The notes below the pieces were generated by a model. That model made no database searches and was not told the origin of the DNA. It was given only the letters and a program-made list of their open reading frames with translations. Below are positions 10,219 through 21,700 of a DNA stretch of 64,000 bases, piece after piece. This stretch comes from Gammaproteobacteria bacterium (GTDB lineage Bacteria; Pseudomonadota; Gammaproteobacteria; JBCCGL01): contig OZ255836.1 in assembly GCA_965277715.1 (NCBI GenBank), positions 1,952,001 to 2,016,000 of the forward strand, written 5' to 3'. The stretch's first letter is position 1, and every line of letters begins with the position of its first letter. The position numbers and the translations under genes were made by a program.

Positions 10219-10821
10219 ATGTCTGCAACCATTGAATTCTACTTCGACTTCTCCTCCCCCTACGCCTACCTGGCCAGCCGCCGGATAGAATCCATCGCTG
10301 AAAAACACGGGCGCACCCTCAATTGGCACCCTATTTTGCTCGGCGCTATTTTCAAAATATCAGGGCAGCAACCCCTATTGGAAACGCCCATGATCGGTGA
10401 TTACGCCCTGCTTGATCTGGAACGTTGCGCCCGCGAGCACGCGATCGAATACCGTCTGCCTGAGCCCTGCCCCATAGCCACCGTCAATGCAGCACGCGCC
10501 GTGTACTGGGTGGGCAATACCGATAAGCAACAGGCTGTTGCATTGATTCACGCCCTGTTTCGCGCCTATTTTGTCGACAATATCAACCTTTCAGAAACCG
10601 ATAATGTCCTGACCATCGCCGCCAATAACGGCATTGACAAAACAGCCTTGTCACAGGCATTACAACAACCTGAAGTCAAAGCACAGTTAAAAAATGCAGT
10701 CGATGCCGCCGTCGACAAAGGCATTTTTGGTACGCCGTGCTGTATCATTGACGGTCAGCTTTTTTGGGGTAATGACCGTATCGACCAACTCGATAAATGG
10801 CTCAGCACCGGCGGTTGGTAG
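10219..10821 (+). CDS. 2-hydroxychromene-2-carboxylate isomerase / GST-kappa (DsbA-fold) protein
   Basis: FYFDFSSPYAYLA, GIFGTP, FWGNDR. Confidence 0.88.
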   Translation: MSATIEFYFDFSSPYAYLASRRIESIAEKHGRTLNWHPILLGAIFKISGQQPLLETPMIGDYALLDLERCAREHAIEYRLPEPCPIATVNAARAVYWVGNTDKQQAVALIHALFRAYFVDNINLSETDNVLTIAANNGIDKTALSQALQQPEVKAQLKNAVDAAVDKGIFGTPCCIIDGQLFWGNDRIDQLDKWLSTGGW

Positions 10822-10830
10822 GCAAACACT

Positions 10831-11217
10831 ATGCAACAGGATATACCCGATTTAAGCCACCTTAAAAGTGGCACACCACCACCGCATAAGGGCGCCAACA
10901 CCCCGCGCAGCCTGGTCATTATTGTCTATGCATTGCAATCGGCGAGCCTGTTCTTTGGTTTTACTGTGTTTATCGCGTTGATCATCAATTACGTCAAGCG
11001 GGCCGATATGGCAGGCACCCTCGCCGAATCCCACTTTCGCTGGCAAATCAATACCTTTTGGTTCTATCTGCTGTGGTTGGTTATCGGCTATTTTACGATC
11101 TTTTTATTAATCGGTTACCTCATCATAGCAGTGGCCTCCCTGTGGTTTATTTACCGCATCGTCAGAGGTTGGCTGCGCATTTTTGAACACCGCCCCATGT
11201 ACAGCGAGGCAAGTTAA
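10831..11217 (+). CDS. DUF4870-type small membrane protein
   Basis: IINYVKR...[12 protein letters not shown]...[10 protein letters not shown] signature with 3 hydrophobic helices. Confidence 0.8.
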   Translation: MQQDIPDLSHLKSGTPPPHKGANTPRSLVIIVYALQSASLFFGFTVFIALIINYVKRADMAGTLAESHFRWQINTFWFYLLWLVIGYFTIFLLIGYLIIAVASLWFIYRIVRGWLRIFEHRPMYSEAS

Positions 11218-11221
11218 ACCA

Positions 11222-12832
11222 ATGCCCTGCGTTTTGCATACCGCGATCCAAACCACCGGCGAATCATTCCAACAAAATGCCCGGGCGATGCGGGTATTGG
11301 TTGACGACTTACGCCGCAAAACCGGCGAAATTGCCATCGGTGGCAGCCTGCGGGCGCGTGAGAAGCACACGGCACGCGGTAAGTTATTAGTGCGGGAGCG
11401 CATTGAACAACTCATCGACAGCGGCAGCGCGTTTCTCGAATTTTCACAGTTCGCCGCCTGGGGCATGTACGACGACAATATCGCCGCCGCCGGGATTATC
11501 ACGGGCATTGGCCGGGTTAATGGCACCGCCTGCGTTATCGTCGCCAACGATGCGACCATCAAGGGCGGCACTTATTACCCAATGACGGTTAAAAAACACC
11601 TGCGCGCCCAGGAAATTGCCGAGCAAAACCACCTGCCCTGTATTTACCTGGTCGACTCCGGCGGCGCATTTTTACCCCGGCAGGACGAGGTATTTCCCGA
11701 CCGCGATCACTTCGGGCGCATCTTTTACAACCAGGCCAACCTCTCGGCAAAAAACATTCCCCAGCTCGCCGTGGTCATGGGTTCCTGCACAGCGGGCGGC
11801 GCCTACGTACCGGCGATGTGTGATGAGTCGATTATCGTCAAAAACCAGGGCACTATTTTCCTCGCTGGCCCGCCGCTGGTGAAAGCGGCAACGGGTGAGC
11901 AAGTCAGCGCCGAAGACCTGGGCGGTGCCGATGTGCACTCAAAAATATCGGGGGTTACCGACCATTGCGCCCATAGCGACGCACACGCGCTGCAGATTGC
12001 CCGTGGGGTAGTGGCCAATTTCAACCGGCCACCCGCCGCGCAAATCGATATAAGCGCCAGTACCGGGCCACTGTACCCCGGCGATGAGCTATACGGTGTT
12101 ATCCCCTGCGACACGAAAAAAACCTTCGATGTGCGGGAAATTATCGCCCGCGTATTTGATGCCAGCGAATTTGATGAATTTAAAGCCCTGTATGGCACCA
12201 CACTGGTGTGCGGCTTTGCGCGTTTGTACGGCTATCCTGTGGGGATCGTCGCCAATAACGGTATTTTATTTTCCGAGTCGGCACAAAAAGGTGCGCATTT
12301 TATTCAACTGTGCGCGCAGCGAAAAATACCCCTGATATTCCTACAAAATATCACCGGCTTTATGGTCGGGCAAAAATACGAGGCCGGGGGCATTGCCAAG
12401 CATGGCGCCAAAATGGTGACCGCCGTGGCCACCGCACGTGTGCCCAAACTGACACTTATCATTGGCGGCAGCTTTGGCGCGGGTAACTACGGCATGTGTG
12501 GCCGGGCCTACAGCCCGCGTTTTTTATGGATGTGGCCCAATGCGCGCATTTCAGTCATGGGGGGGAAACAAGCGGCAAACGTATTATCACAAATCAACCG
12601 GGATGCACTCGCCGCTCAGGGCCTCCCCCCGGATGACGACCAGGAACAACAGTTCAAACAGGCTATTCGCGCACAATACGAACACCAGGGCCACCCCTAC
12701 TACGCCAGTGCCAGACTCTGGGACGATGGCATTATCGACCCCGTCGATACCCGTCGGGTGCTTGGCCTGGGCCTTGCCGCTGCACTCAATGCGCCGCTTG
12801 AGGACACCCGGTTTGGTCTGTTTAGAATGTAA
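11222..12832 (+). CDS. liuB: Methylcrotonyl-CoA carboxylase, carboxyltransferase subunit
   Basis: [35 protein letters not shown]; liu operon context. Confidence 0.95.
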   Translation: MPCVLHTAIQTTGESFQQNARAMRVLVDDLRRKTGEIAIGGSLRAREKHTARGKLLVRERIEQLIDSGSAFLEFSQFAAWGMYDDNIAAAGIITGIGRVNGTACVIVANDATIKGGTYYPMTVKKHLRAQEIAEQNHLPCIYLVDSGGAFLPRQDEVFPDRDHFGRIFYNQANLSAKNIPQLAVVMGSCTAGGAYVPAMCDESIIVKNQGTIFLAGPPLVKAATGEQVSAEDLGGADVHSKISGVTDHCAHSDAHALQIARGVVANFNRPPAAQIDISASTGPLYPGDELYGVIPCDTKKTFDVREIIARVFDASEFDEFKALYGTTLVCGFARLYGYPVGIVANNGILFSESAQKGAHFIQLCAQRKIPLIFLQNITGFMVGQKYEAGGIAKHGAKMVTAVATARVPKLTLIIGGSFGAGNYGMCGRAYSPRFLWMWPNARISVMGGKQAANVLSQINRDALAAQGLPPDDDQEQQFKQAIRAQYEHQGHPYYASARLWDDGIIDPVDTRRVLGLGLAAALNAPLEDTRFGLFRM

Positions 12833-13635
12833 TGAATAACCACCTTATCACAGCGGTTTCAAACGACGGTGTTGGGCGTATAACCCTGAACAAACCCGCA
12901 CGCCACAATGCCCTCGACGAGCAATTGATTGCCGCCTTAACCCGCGCCATTGAAGCGTTTAATCGCAACCGCCAGGTGCGCAGTATCGTATTGCAGGCCA
13001 AGGGTAAAAGCTTTTGTGCAGGCGCCGATCTGGAGTGGATGAAACGCACAGCACACTATAGCCGGGAAGATAATCTACGCGATGCACAAACGCTCGCCGC
13101 GTTAATGCGCACGCTTAAGCAAAGCCCCAAGCCGACAATAGCCCGACTGCAAGGCGCTGCGTTTGGTGGTGGCGTTGGCCTGGTCGCCTGTTGTGACATC
13201 GCTATCGCCAGCGAAAACGCGTTGTTCTGCCTATCTGAAGTCAGCTTAGGGTTAGTGCCAGCGGTTATTTCACCCTACCTGGTAGCGGCAATCGGTGCAC
13301 GCGCCACACAAAAACTGACACTGACCGCCGAGCGTTTCGACACCCGTGATGCATTGCGCCTCGGCCTGCTGCACCAGATTGTGGACGATGAAGCGCAATT
13401 GGATGCGGCAGTACAGGCGTGCTGTGAAAACCTGCACAAAGGCGCCCCGCAGGCACAACAGGCGGCCAAGCACTTTATCAGTGCCCTGCACCACAGCGTA
13501 TTGGATGAGTCTCTAATCGATGAATCGGCGCAGCTAATCGCCGGTATTCGCGTTTCAGACGAAGGGCGTGAGGGCATCGATGCCTTTTTGCAAAAACGCC
13601 CCGCCAACTGGTCGCTGGTCAAGCCCAATGTTTAA
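12832..13635 (+). CDS. liuC: Methylglutaconyl-CoA hydratase (crotonase family)
   Basis: FCAGADL, GGGVGL, SEVSLGLVPAVISPY. Confidence 0.92.
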   Translation: MNNHLITAVSNDGVGRITLNKPARHNALDEQLIAALTRAIEAFNRNRQVRSIVLQAKGKSFCAGADLEWMKRTAHYSREDNLRDAQTLAALMRTLKQSPKPTIARLQGAAFGGGVGLVACCDIAIASENALFCLSEVSLGLVPAVISPYLVAAIGARATQKLTLTAERFDTRDALRLGLLHQIVDDEAQLDAAVQACCENLHKGAPQAQQAAKHFISALHHSVLDESLIDESAQLIAGIRVSDEGREGIDAFLQKRPANWSLVKPNV

Positions 13636-15646
13636 ACGCCTGTTAATAGCCAACCGGGGGGAAATTGCCTGCCGCATTATGCGCACCGCGCACCGTATGG
13701 GCATCGAGACAGTCGCCGTGTTTTCAGACGCCGACCGATACCTCCCACACGCCCAACAGGCGGGGCAATCCATCCATATTGGCGCATCGCCCGCCGTCGA
13801 AAGTTACCTGGATATAGCAAAAATCATCGCGGCGGCACAGGCATCGGGTGCCGATGCAATTCACCCCGGCTATGGCTTTCTATCAGAAAACACAGCACTG
13901 GCCAAAGCCTGCCATGCCAACAATTTCACTTTTATCGGGCCGGATATTGATGCGATTGAATCGATGGGTTCCAAGAGCACCGCGAAGAAAATCATGCAGG
14001 AGGCGGGCGTTGCGCTACTCCCCGGTTACCACGGAGATAACCAGGATGACAGTACCCTGCGTGACGCGGCCGACCAGTGCGGTTACCCGGTATTGATCAA
14101 AGCCTCGGCTGGCGGTGGTGGCAAGGGGATGCGCATCGTACAAACCGCTGATGCGTTTAACCGCCAGCTCGCCTCGGCAAAACGCGAGGCACTGGCCGCG
14201 TTTGCCGACGACAAAGTCATCATCGAGAAATACCTACAGCGGCCCCGCCATATCGAAGTACAGGTATTTGCTGATAACCACGGCAATGTCGTGCACCTGT
14301 ACGACCGCGACTGCTCGATTCAACGCCGCTACCAGAAAGTAATCGAAGAGGCCCCTGCCCCGCATTTGCACGAACAACAACGACGTGATTTACACGCCAG
14401 CGCCGTGCGTGCCGCCCAGGCGATTAACTACCGTGGCGCAGGTACTATCGAATTTATCTGTGATCGAAACGGCCAGTGTTATTTCATGGAAATGAACACC
14501 CGCCTGCAAGTCGAACACCCGGTTAGCGAAATGATTACCGGCATCGACCTGGTGGAATGGCAATTGCGCGTCGCCGACGGTCAGCCACTCCCGCTCGGCC
14601 AGGCCGATATTCACGTCTCGGGCCACGCGATGGAAGCCCGTGTTTACGCAGAGGACACCGAAAAAGGTTTTTTACCCGCAACAGGCACACTCGAACACCT
14701 GGCATTTCCCCATATAGCAGAAGATTTGCGTATCGACAGCGGTATTGAGACGGGCGCGACCATCGGCATTCACTACGACCCTATGCTCGCCAAACTGATT
14801 GTGCACGCACAAGACCGGCATACGGCAGCACGCAAGCTCGCCGGGGCCTTGTTACAAACCCATCTACTCGGTATAAAAAACAATATCGACTTTCTCACCC
14901 GTATTGTCATGCACGAGGACTTTAAACACGGGCATTACGACACCGGGTTTATCGACCAGCACACAGATGCCCTGTTAAACCGATCGGCGCAAACACGGGA
15001 AACGCTACTCATTATCGCTGCCCTATACCTACACACGGGCAGTGCAGCGTCTATCGATAAAGTAGATAGTCCGCATCAACATAGCTGGCCGTGGGGTATC
15101 GATGATAACTGGCGGATGAATACCCACGCGGTATCAACCCATACATTGGGTATCGACAACCGGCAATACCGGATACATGTCAGCCAGGATACCGCGCTAA
15201 AAAGCACATCGTATTGCATCACATTAAACAACCAGAACACCCAGATTGACGACCTACAGTACCGGGGTGAAAGACTATCGTTGCGCATCGCGGGTAAAAA
15301 AATCACGGCAAAAATACTTCATCATGTGCACCGGCTCGCTGTATTTTCCTCAATAGGGCATGGCGAAGTTACCCTTCCCGATTTATCCGTCAACCCTGAC
15401 TGTGAAGCTGAGGCAAATACAACCCTGCTCACCCCCATGCCGGGGAAAATTGTTGCTATCCTGGCAACGCCCGGCGCGCCAATCAAAAAAGGGCAGCCCT
15501 TATTGATCGTCGAGGCGATGAAAATGGAACATACATTAACAGCCACCCGCGACGGTGTGGTCAGTCAAATTTATTGCCAAAAAGGTGATACCGTTGCCGC
15601 TGAAGCGGCACTGATTGAAATTGACCCGGAGGAAATACATGAATAA
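13628..15646 (+). CDS. liuD: Methylcrotonyl-CoA carboxylase, biotin carboxylase/biotin-carrier subunit
   Basis: LIANRGEIA, GGGGKGMR, EMNTRLQVEHP, EAMKMEH biotinylation motif. Confidence 0.95.
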   Translation: MFKRLLIANRGEIACRIMRTAHRMGIETVAVFSDADRYLPHAQQAGQSIHIGASPAVESYLDIAKIIAAAQASGADAIHPGYGFLSENTALAKACHANNFTFIGPDIDAIESMGSKSTAKKIMQEAGVALLPGYHGDNQDDSTLRDAADQCGYPVLIKASAGGGGKGMRIVQTADAFNRQLASAKREALAAFADDKVIIEKYLQRPRHIEVQVFADNHGNVVHLYDRDCSIQRRYQKVIEEAPAPHLHEQQRRDLHASAVRAAQAINYRGAGTIEFICDRNGQCYFMEMNTRLQVEHPVSEMITGIDLVEWQLRVADGQPLPLGQADIHVSGHAMEARVYAEDTEKGFLPATGTLEHLAFPHIAEDLRIDSGIETGATIGIHYDPMLAKLIVHAQDRHTAARKLAGALLQTHLLGIKNNIDFLTRIVMHEDFKHGHYDTGFIDQHTDALLNRSAQTRETLLIIAALYLHTGSAASIDKVDSPHQHSWPWGIDDNWRMNTHAVSTHTLGIDNRQYRIHVSQDTALKSTSYCITLNNQNTQIDDLQYRGERLSLRIAGKKITAKILHHVHRLAVFSSIGHGEVTLPDLSVNPDCEAEANTTLLTPMPGKIVAILATPGAPIKKGQPLLIVEAMKMEHTLTATRDGVVSQIYCQKGDTVAAEAALIEIDPEEIHE

Positions 15647-15760
15647 TGTGACCGTTGAGGCGCATAAAAATGACTACTGGTGCGCTTGTAGCAAGAATAA
15701 AAAAAACAACCTTTCTGTGATGGCACGCATAGCGGGCTTTAGTTAACCGATTACACCGCC

Positions 15761-16672
15761 GTGTTACCCACAACCGTTAAAATTGTCGAAGTTGGCCCGC
15801 GTGATGGTTTGCAGAACGAAGCGCAAGCCCTTTCAGTCGCGCAACGCGTCGAACTGATCAACCGCTTATCGGCGAGTGGTTTAAGTGCAATCGAAGTCGG
15901 CAGTTTTGTCTCACCCAAATGGGTGCCACAAATGGCCAACAGCGGCCAGGTACTGCAAGCCATTGAGCAAAAACCCGGTGTCAGCTACCCGGTATTAACC
16001 CCAAATGAACGCGGCTACCGCAATGCATTGGCATCTTCAGCACGGGAAATTGCCGTTTTTGCCGCCGCCTCAGAAACCTTCTCATACAAAAATATTAACT
16101 GTTCTATTCAAGAGAGCCTGGCACGTTTTCGCCCGGTATGCCTCAACGCCAAAAGCCAATCGATCCGCATTCGTGGCTATATATCCTGCGTGATCGATTG
16201 CCCCTGTCAAGGGTGCATATCCCCCGAACAGGTCGCCGATGTTGCCGCTGAATTAATAGATATGGGTTGCGATGAAATATCCCTGGGTGACACCATCGGC
16301 ACGGGCACGCCCAACCGGGTGGAAAAATTAATCGATGTGGTCAGTGAACGCGTGGCTATCGGTCAGCTCGCGGTGCATTTCCATGACACCTACGGGCAGG
16401 CTTTGGCCAATATTCTCACCGCATTGCAACGGGGCATAGCGATTGTCGACACCGCTGTCGCCGGGTTGGGTGGTTGCCCTTATGCAAAGGGGGCTGCGGG
16501 CAATGTTGCCACGGAAGATGTCGTCTATATGCTGGATGGTATGGGCATTGAAACCGGGGTATCGATGCAGAAACTGCTCGATGCCAGTGCGTTTATTTGT
16601 GGTGTACTGAAAAGAGACCCCGTTTCCAAAGCGGGAAATGCCTTATTGCAGGCGCGTAAGTGCGTTGTTTAA
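15761..16672 (+). CDS. liuE: Hydroxymethylglutaryl-CoA lyase
   Basis: EVGPRDGLQNE, HFHDTYGQALAN, GLGGCPYA. Confidence 0.95.
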   Translation: MLPTTVKIVEVGPRDGLQNEAQALSVAQRVELINRLSASGLSAIEVGSFVSPKWVPQMANSGQVLQAIEQKPGVSYPVLTPNERGYRNALASSAREIAVFAAASETFSYKNINCSIQESLARFRPVCLNAKSQSIRIRGYISCVIDCPCQGCISPEQVADVAAELIDMGCDEISLGDTIGTGTPNRVEKLIDVVSERVAIGQLAVHFHDTYGQALANILTALQRGIAIVDTAVAGLGGCPYAKGAAGNVATEDVVYMLDGMGIETGVSMQKLLDASAFICGVLKRDPVSKAGNALLQARKCVV

Positions 16673-16674
16673 TC

Positions 16675-16872
16675 GTGGAAAAAGCATGCACAGACGTCGG
16701 CATACCCTCTCCTTGCAGAGGTATTTGTGCCATGGATGAGACGATGCAATTGTGTAGTGGTTGTTATCGGAGCATCGATGAAATTATCGATTGGGCGATA
16801 ATGTCAGCGGGTGAAAAACAGCGGGTTATCGACAAGGTGGCTATTCGTAGGGAGTCGTTTGATTCGCCGTAA
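16675..16872 (+). CDS. DUF1289 small Cys-rich protein
   Basis: SPCRGICAMD...CSGCYRSIDEIIDW signature. Confidence 0.8.
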   Translation: MEKACTDVGIPSPCRGICAMDETMQLCSGCYRSIDEIIDWAIMSAGEKQRVIDKVAIRRESFDSP

Positions 16873-16875
16873 TGA

Positions 16876-17133
16876 TTAGTACTGACGGTTTTCTTGTACC
16901 TCTTTTGCAAGCCAAGCTTTTATAAGTGATTGATAAGGCATATCTCGTTTATTGGCTTCTACCTTAATACTGTCTAACAAACCTTGCGGTAGCCTTAGTG
17001 AAATAGTTTTAGTTGAAAGTTTAAGGTTAGGTAAAACTGCACGTTCAGCTCTACTTAAATCTAGATATTCACTCGAATCATTACTTTCCCAAAAGTCACG
17101 CTCTTCTTTTTCAGTCTTAAAATTGGGTATTTT
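16876..17133 (-). pseudogene. BrnA/CopG-type antitoxin lacking a start codon, no toxin partner
   Basis: Manual translation: KIPNFKTEKEERDFWESNDSSEYLDLSRAERAVLPNLKLSTKTISLRLPQGLLDSIKVEANKRDMPYQSLIKAWLAKEVQENRQY*. In-frame TAA lies immediately upstream (17134-17136), and the segment is AT-rich. Confidence 0.82.
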
Positions 17134-17164
17134 TTAAAGTATGCCCAACAGGCAACGTAGCCTT

Positions 17165-18289
17165 TTACATACTTTCAAAAAACCGCTTAACCCCATCCAG
17201 CCAGGAGCGCTCCTGTGGGCTATGCTTATTCCCCTCTTTACAATCAAAACTCTCTTTAAGTTGTTCAAACAGTTTCTTTTGTTCCGTCGTTAAATTCACC
17301 GGTGTTTCCACACGCACCTTGCACAACAAATCCCCAACTGCACCACCGCGCACCGGCTTAATACCTTTACCCCGTAAGCGGAACACCTTCTCCGACTGCG
17401 TACCAGGTGGGATTTTAAGCTTCACGCGCCCACTCAGAGTGGGCACTTCCAACTCACCACCCAGCGATGCACTGACAATATTAATAGGCACCTGGCACAG
17501 CAGATCGGCATCATCGCGCTCAAAAATTGCGTGTTGCTTAACATTAACCTGTACATACAGATCACCTGTCGGCCCGCCTCTTTCTCCCGCTTCCCCCTCA
17601 CCGGAAAGGCGAATACGATCACCTGTATCGACGCCGGGGGGAATTTTAACCGACAGGGTTTTACTCTCTTCAACACGCCCACGACCTTGGCATTTATTAC
17701 ACGGGTCTTTGATAACCTGTCCGGCGCCCTGACACCGTGGGCAGGTTTGTTGAACCGAAAAGAATCCTTGTTGCATACGCACCTGGCCCACGCCGTTACA
17801 GGTGGTACAGGCAGTCGACGCAGTACCTGCACGAGCGCCACTGCCATCACAGCGATCACAACTGACCTGTGTGGGAATTTTTACTTTAACTGTAGTGCCA
17901 TTGACTGCGTCTTCGAGTGTAACGCCAAGGTTGTATTGCAAATCGGAACCGCGATACGCCTGACGGCCACCGCCACCACGGCCACCGCCAAAGATGTCCC
18001 CGAAAACATCGCCAAAAATATCGTTAAAATTGCCTCCGGCCTGGCCACCGCCGCCAGCACTCCTGTCGACTCCGGCATGGCCAAAGCGGTCGTAGGCCGC
18101 CCGTTTTTGCGCATCGCCGAGTACTTCAAAGGCTTCCTTGGCCTCTTTAAATTTTTCCTCTGCCACTGCATTATCGGGGTTGCGGTCTGGGTGGTGCTTC
18201 ATGGCAAGCCGACGATAGGCTTTTTTTAAACCGGCCTCGTCGACATCCCTGCCCACACCCAATACTTCGTAGTAATCGCTTTTTGCCAT
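17165..18289 (-). CDS. dnaJ: Chaperone DnaJ
   Basis: J-domain HPD, G/F region, four CxxCxGxG repeats. Confidence 0.98.
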   Translation of the reverse strand: MAKSDYYEVLGVGRDVDEAGLKKAYRRLAMKHHPDRNPDNAVAEEKFKEAKEAFEVLGDAQKRAAYDRFGHAGVDRSAGGGGQAGGNFNDIFGDVFGDIFGGGRGGGGRQAYRGSDLQYNLGVTLEDAVNGTTVKVKIPTQVSCDRCDGSGARAGTASTACTTCNGVGQVRMQQGFFSVQQTCPRCQGAGQVIKDPCNKCQGRGRVEESKTLSVKIPPGVDTGDRIRLSGEGEAGERGGPTGDLYVQVNVKQHAIFERDDADLLCQVPINIVSASLGGELEVPTLSGRVKLKIPPGTQSEKVFRLRGKGIKPVRGGAVGDLLCKVRVETPVNLTTEQKKLFEQLKESFDCKEGNKHSPQERSWLDGVKRFFESM

Positions 18290-18341
18290 TCAGATAGTTC
18301 CACTAAAGTGATGTTTTAACTGGCTTGTATTCTTGGCCAGC

Positions 18342-18368
18342 GCTTTGCCCAAAACGCATTGGGCAAAG
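18342..18368. other. Stem-loop in the dnaJ upstream region
   Basis: CTTTGCCCAA-AACGCA-TTGGGCAAAG, a perfect 10-bp stem. Confidence 0.6.
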
Positions 18369-18379
18369 TAAATGCCCTA

Positions 18380-18407
18380 ATATAGAGTCATTTCTAAAGA
18401 GAACAAG
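18380..18407 (-). promoter_or_regulatory. Possible sigma-32 promoter for dnaJ
   Basis: Minus strand CTTGTT-N14-CTCTATAT versus consensus CTTGAA-N13-17-CCCCATnT; imperfect match. Confidence 0.3.
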
Positions 18408-18527
18408 GCTCAGGGAGTGGAAAAAATTGACTTGGGGTGGGTGGCTTCGCTCGTGGGGCTTTGGTGCTGTGTTTGTGCTTTAAACCACGAGAAGCGAAAC
18501 CTCATAACACGCTACACTGCCTACATA

Positions 18528-18776
18528 TCACTGCCCAGTAATAGCATCACCGGCAATCGGCAAACCACTGACGCTGGCATCGACTTGATTGCTGGTATTA
18601 CTCGCCGTAACACCGGTAATACTCATCGAGTAAGTACCCGTTAATGCGGTTTGTGCGTCGTTATCGCCAGTGTTGGCATTGTCACTACTGCCATCCCCGC
18701 CACCACCTCCACCACCACAGGCGGACAACAAGGCAAAGCCAACAAAAACAATAAGCGGATGAATAAGGCGTTTCAT
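18528..18776 (-). CDS. Small lipoprotein, possibly truncated
   Basis: Signal peptide with lipobox LSAC, then poly-Gly linker; starts 9 bp after the protease stop. Confidence 0.7.
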   Translation of the reverse strand: MKRLIHPLIVFVGFALLSACGGGGGGGDGSSDNANTGDNDAQTALTGTYSMSITGVTASNTSNQVDASVSGLPIAGDAITGQ

Positions 18777-18785
18777 GTTGATTCC

Positions 18786-21700
18786 CTAATCGGCAAAGTC
18801 ATAGGTGATGATGTACTGGCTGGGCGTCGTGCCAATGGCATGGGGTGCGTTGAGGGTCAAGTGTAAACTGCCATTATCATTGTTGTACTTGCCAGACCCC
18901 AGCAATGTTTCACCGAGTACGCTGCCATCAGCGTTGTTATCGGTATAGAGTTTGACACTGGCCACTTCGACCGCATCATCACCGCTGCCGTCGGCTTGCA
19001 GCGTCAATGCGTCGATAACCAGATTACCGGAGTCTGCCACCAGGGTGAACACCAGCACGGCCACGTTGCTATCACCCCGGCTCGCGACACTCACACCGGT
19101 TCCCGCACTTGAAGTGGCCACGGTAAGGTTGGAGGTAATCGCTGTCTGTACCGTGACAGGATCGACAATGATGCCATTGGCCAACCCATCGGCATCGTTG
19201 GTGCCACCGTCCTGTATTTGCAACTGCAAACACCAATGCCCGACGGGCAGTAAACCTGTACTGGGGATTTCCTGGTACTGGGCGTCGTTAACCACCGGGC
19301 AGACACCCTGCGGATCACTACTCACGGCGGTGAACAGCCGGTTGTTGGCATCCAGGGTAAACGCACGCCAACCGTTGACAGCATCGTATTTACGCAGACG
19401 CGCCCCCGCAGGTGTCGGCGCATCCAGCGGCAATACAAGCCGAATTGATGCCCCCACCTCCGGCAGGTTGCCCGCTTCATAGTCGAACAGTGCAGCGGCG
19501 GTGTTAAAGTCACCCACATTCGTTTGCGCCTCGGTCGGTAGTTGGGTAAACATCAGCGCCGCCGCCGCACCCTGTTGTAGCGCGAGATCACCTAAACGCA
19601 GCGCGATACCGCTCTCGGCGACCATTATCTGGTTTCCGCCGCTGGCGATATTGCTCTGCAATACTTCAGGCGGCAGGCCTGGGTTATCATTACTATCGGC
19701 AATGCCGTCGCCATCGGCGTCAGCAACCGCCGTATCACCCGCGATAATCCGCAACATCCGCACAACGGTGGTGGTAGCCACGCCATCACTGACGCGCACG
19801 CTGACATTGTAATTCCCCGCACTGAGGGCAGCGGGGTCAAACGTGAGGCTGGGCTGGGTGGTATCCACTGCAAAAATCAGCGCACTGCTGGATGCCGACC
19901 AGTCGTAGCTGAGCGTTTGGCCCGCGTTGGGATCGTCGGCATTCGCCTCCACACGCACCACACCACCACCGATGGTAAGCTGCGAAACACGCGTGCCGCC
20001 CTGGGTTATTATCGGGTTAATCCGTGGCGGTACGTTTTCAACCACAACCGTTACTTTGTGGGTCGGTGTGCCGGTTGGCCGGGCATTGCTGGGGGTGCCC
20101 ATAGAAAATTCGATGGTGCTGCGATCAGCGGCGGTGTTGTTAACAGTGAAACGAACTGAACCAGTTAAACCCTCTGTAATTGTAATGGTGCCATCTACCG
20201 CATTGTGATCGATGGGTGCAATCGTCGTTGAGGTGTTGTCGATGGTGAACGGTACGCTTACCGGGTAGGTCACAGCAGGGCCACTCAGATTCGCCCGCAA
20301 ATCAAAATGACGGCCATTGCCAACGACCTGATCGACAGCAAAATCCACTCGGGGAGTAATATTGACGGTCAATGGCTCATCGACCGTATTACCGCCACGA
20401 TCAGTCACCGACAAAACCAGCGTGTGTGAACCAGACAACAGGCTGAACGGCTCTGGTTGCCCACTTTGATCGTTGGCCAATGGTTTGCCATCGACACGCA
20501 TCGCCATCGTTAACGATGTAGCATCACGCATCGTCATGCCTATATCCTGCATACTGAGCGGTGTCAGTACACTTTTGGCATCGATGTTAATCGGGTTCTG
20601 CGCAAAGCTTACCGAGGGCGGTTGTGTATCCTCAACGGTCACTATCTGGTTAGCGCTGGCACTGTTGCCACTGCTGTCAGTCACACGCCATACCACAACC
20701 GTCTCACCGAGAGGGAATGGCCCGGTGGTGCTCGGCAGGGGGATTAACCCACCCTCAACTGCATCAGTGGCGGTGGTGATGCCCAATGGAACCGCATTTA
20801 AATCCGCCGAGGCCTCCCAACGAATATCATCGGCGACGACCAGAACGGGGGCGAGGGTATCGACCAGCGCAATCTGTTGCGTGGCCGTGCCTGTATTGCC
20901 TGCACTGTCGGTGGCAGACCAGGTGACGAGGCCGCTACCGACGGGGTAGGTCTCACCAATGGCAGGTGTCGCGGTCACTGTACCATCCACCAGGTCGATG
21001 GCACTGGCCACGCCTAGCTGCGCTGCGTTTAGCGTGGTTTGTAACGCGCTGGCCTCCAGGGTGACAGCCGCTGGCGCGGTCACTACCGGCGCAAGGGTAT
21101 CCACTACGGTTATACGCTGGGTGGCTGTACCTGTGTTACCCAGTGCATCACTGGCAGACCAGACTATCTCACTCGTGCCGAGTGGAAATGGGCCGGTGGT
21201 ACTGGGTGTCACGGTGCCAATGGCGCCATCGTTGGCGTCCTCAGCGCTGGCCGTGCCCAAATCATCAATGGCTGTGGTGGCGCCAGCCGCTTCTACACTG
21301 GCAATATCGGCCGGTGGAAAAACAACCGGGGGGACGGTGTCTTTGGTGACGCTGACGGTCACCCGATCAACCCCTATTGCCTGGCCATCGGCATGTTCTG
21401 CACGCAAGCGCACCACACCATCGGGGACGCCGGAGAGATTCACACCAGAGACAAGCCAGGCACCATTGGTGCAGTGAGTAGAGGCGGCGATGCCACCTAT
21501 GTCGACCTGTACCGCCTCACCGTTAAACGAACAACTGCCACCGGCCGAATAACGCGCCTGATTAGTGGGGCCGATAGTGGTGCCGACAATACTGACCGCA
21601 GGCACCAGGGCGCGGTTGATGCCGATGGTATAGGTCTGCCGGGTGGTCGCATTCACAGCCGTAACAATCACTTGTAGGGTGTTTTGCCCAGCTTGTAAAT

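Noticed and set aside
16195-16215. LiuE has CPCQG where CPYEG is usual
   Set aside because: The catalytic RD, HxH and GGCPY motifs are intact, so this is likely neutral variation.
17531-18229. 232-aa ORF antisense to dnaJ (likewise 37610-38428 antisense to clpA)
   Set aside because: Shadow ORFs of conserved genes caused by codon bias.
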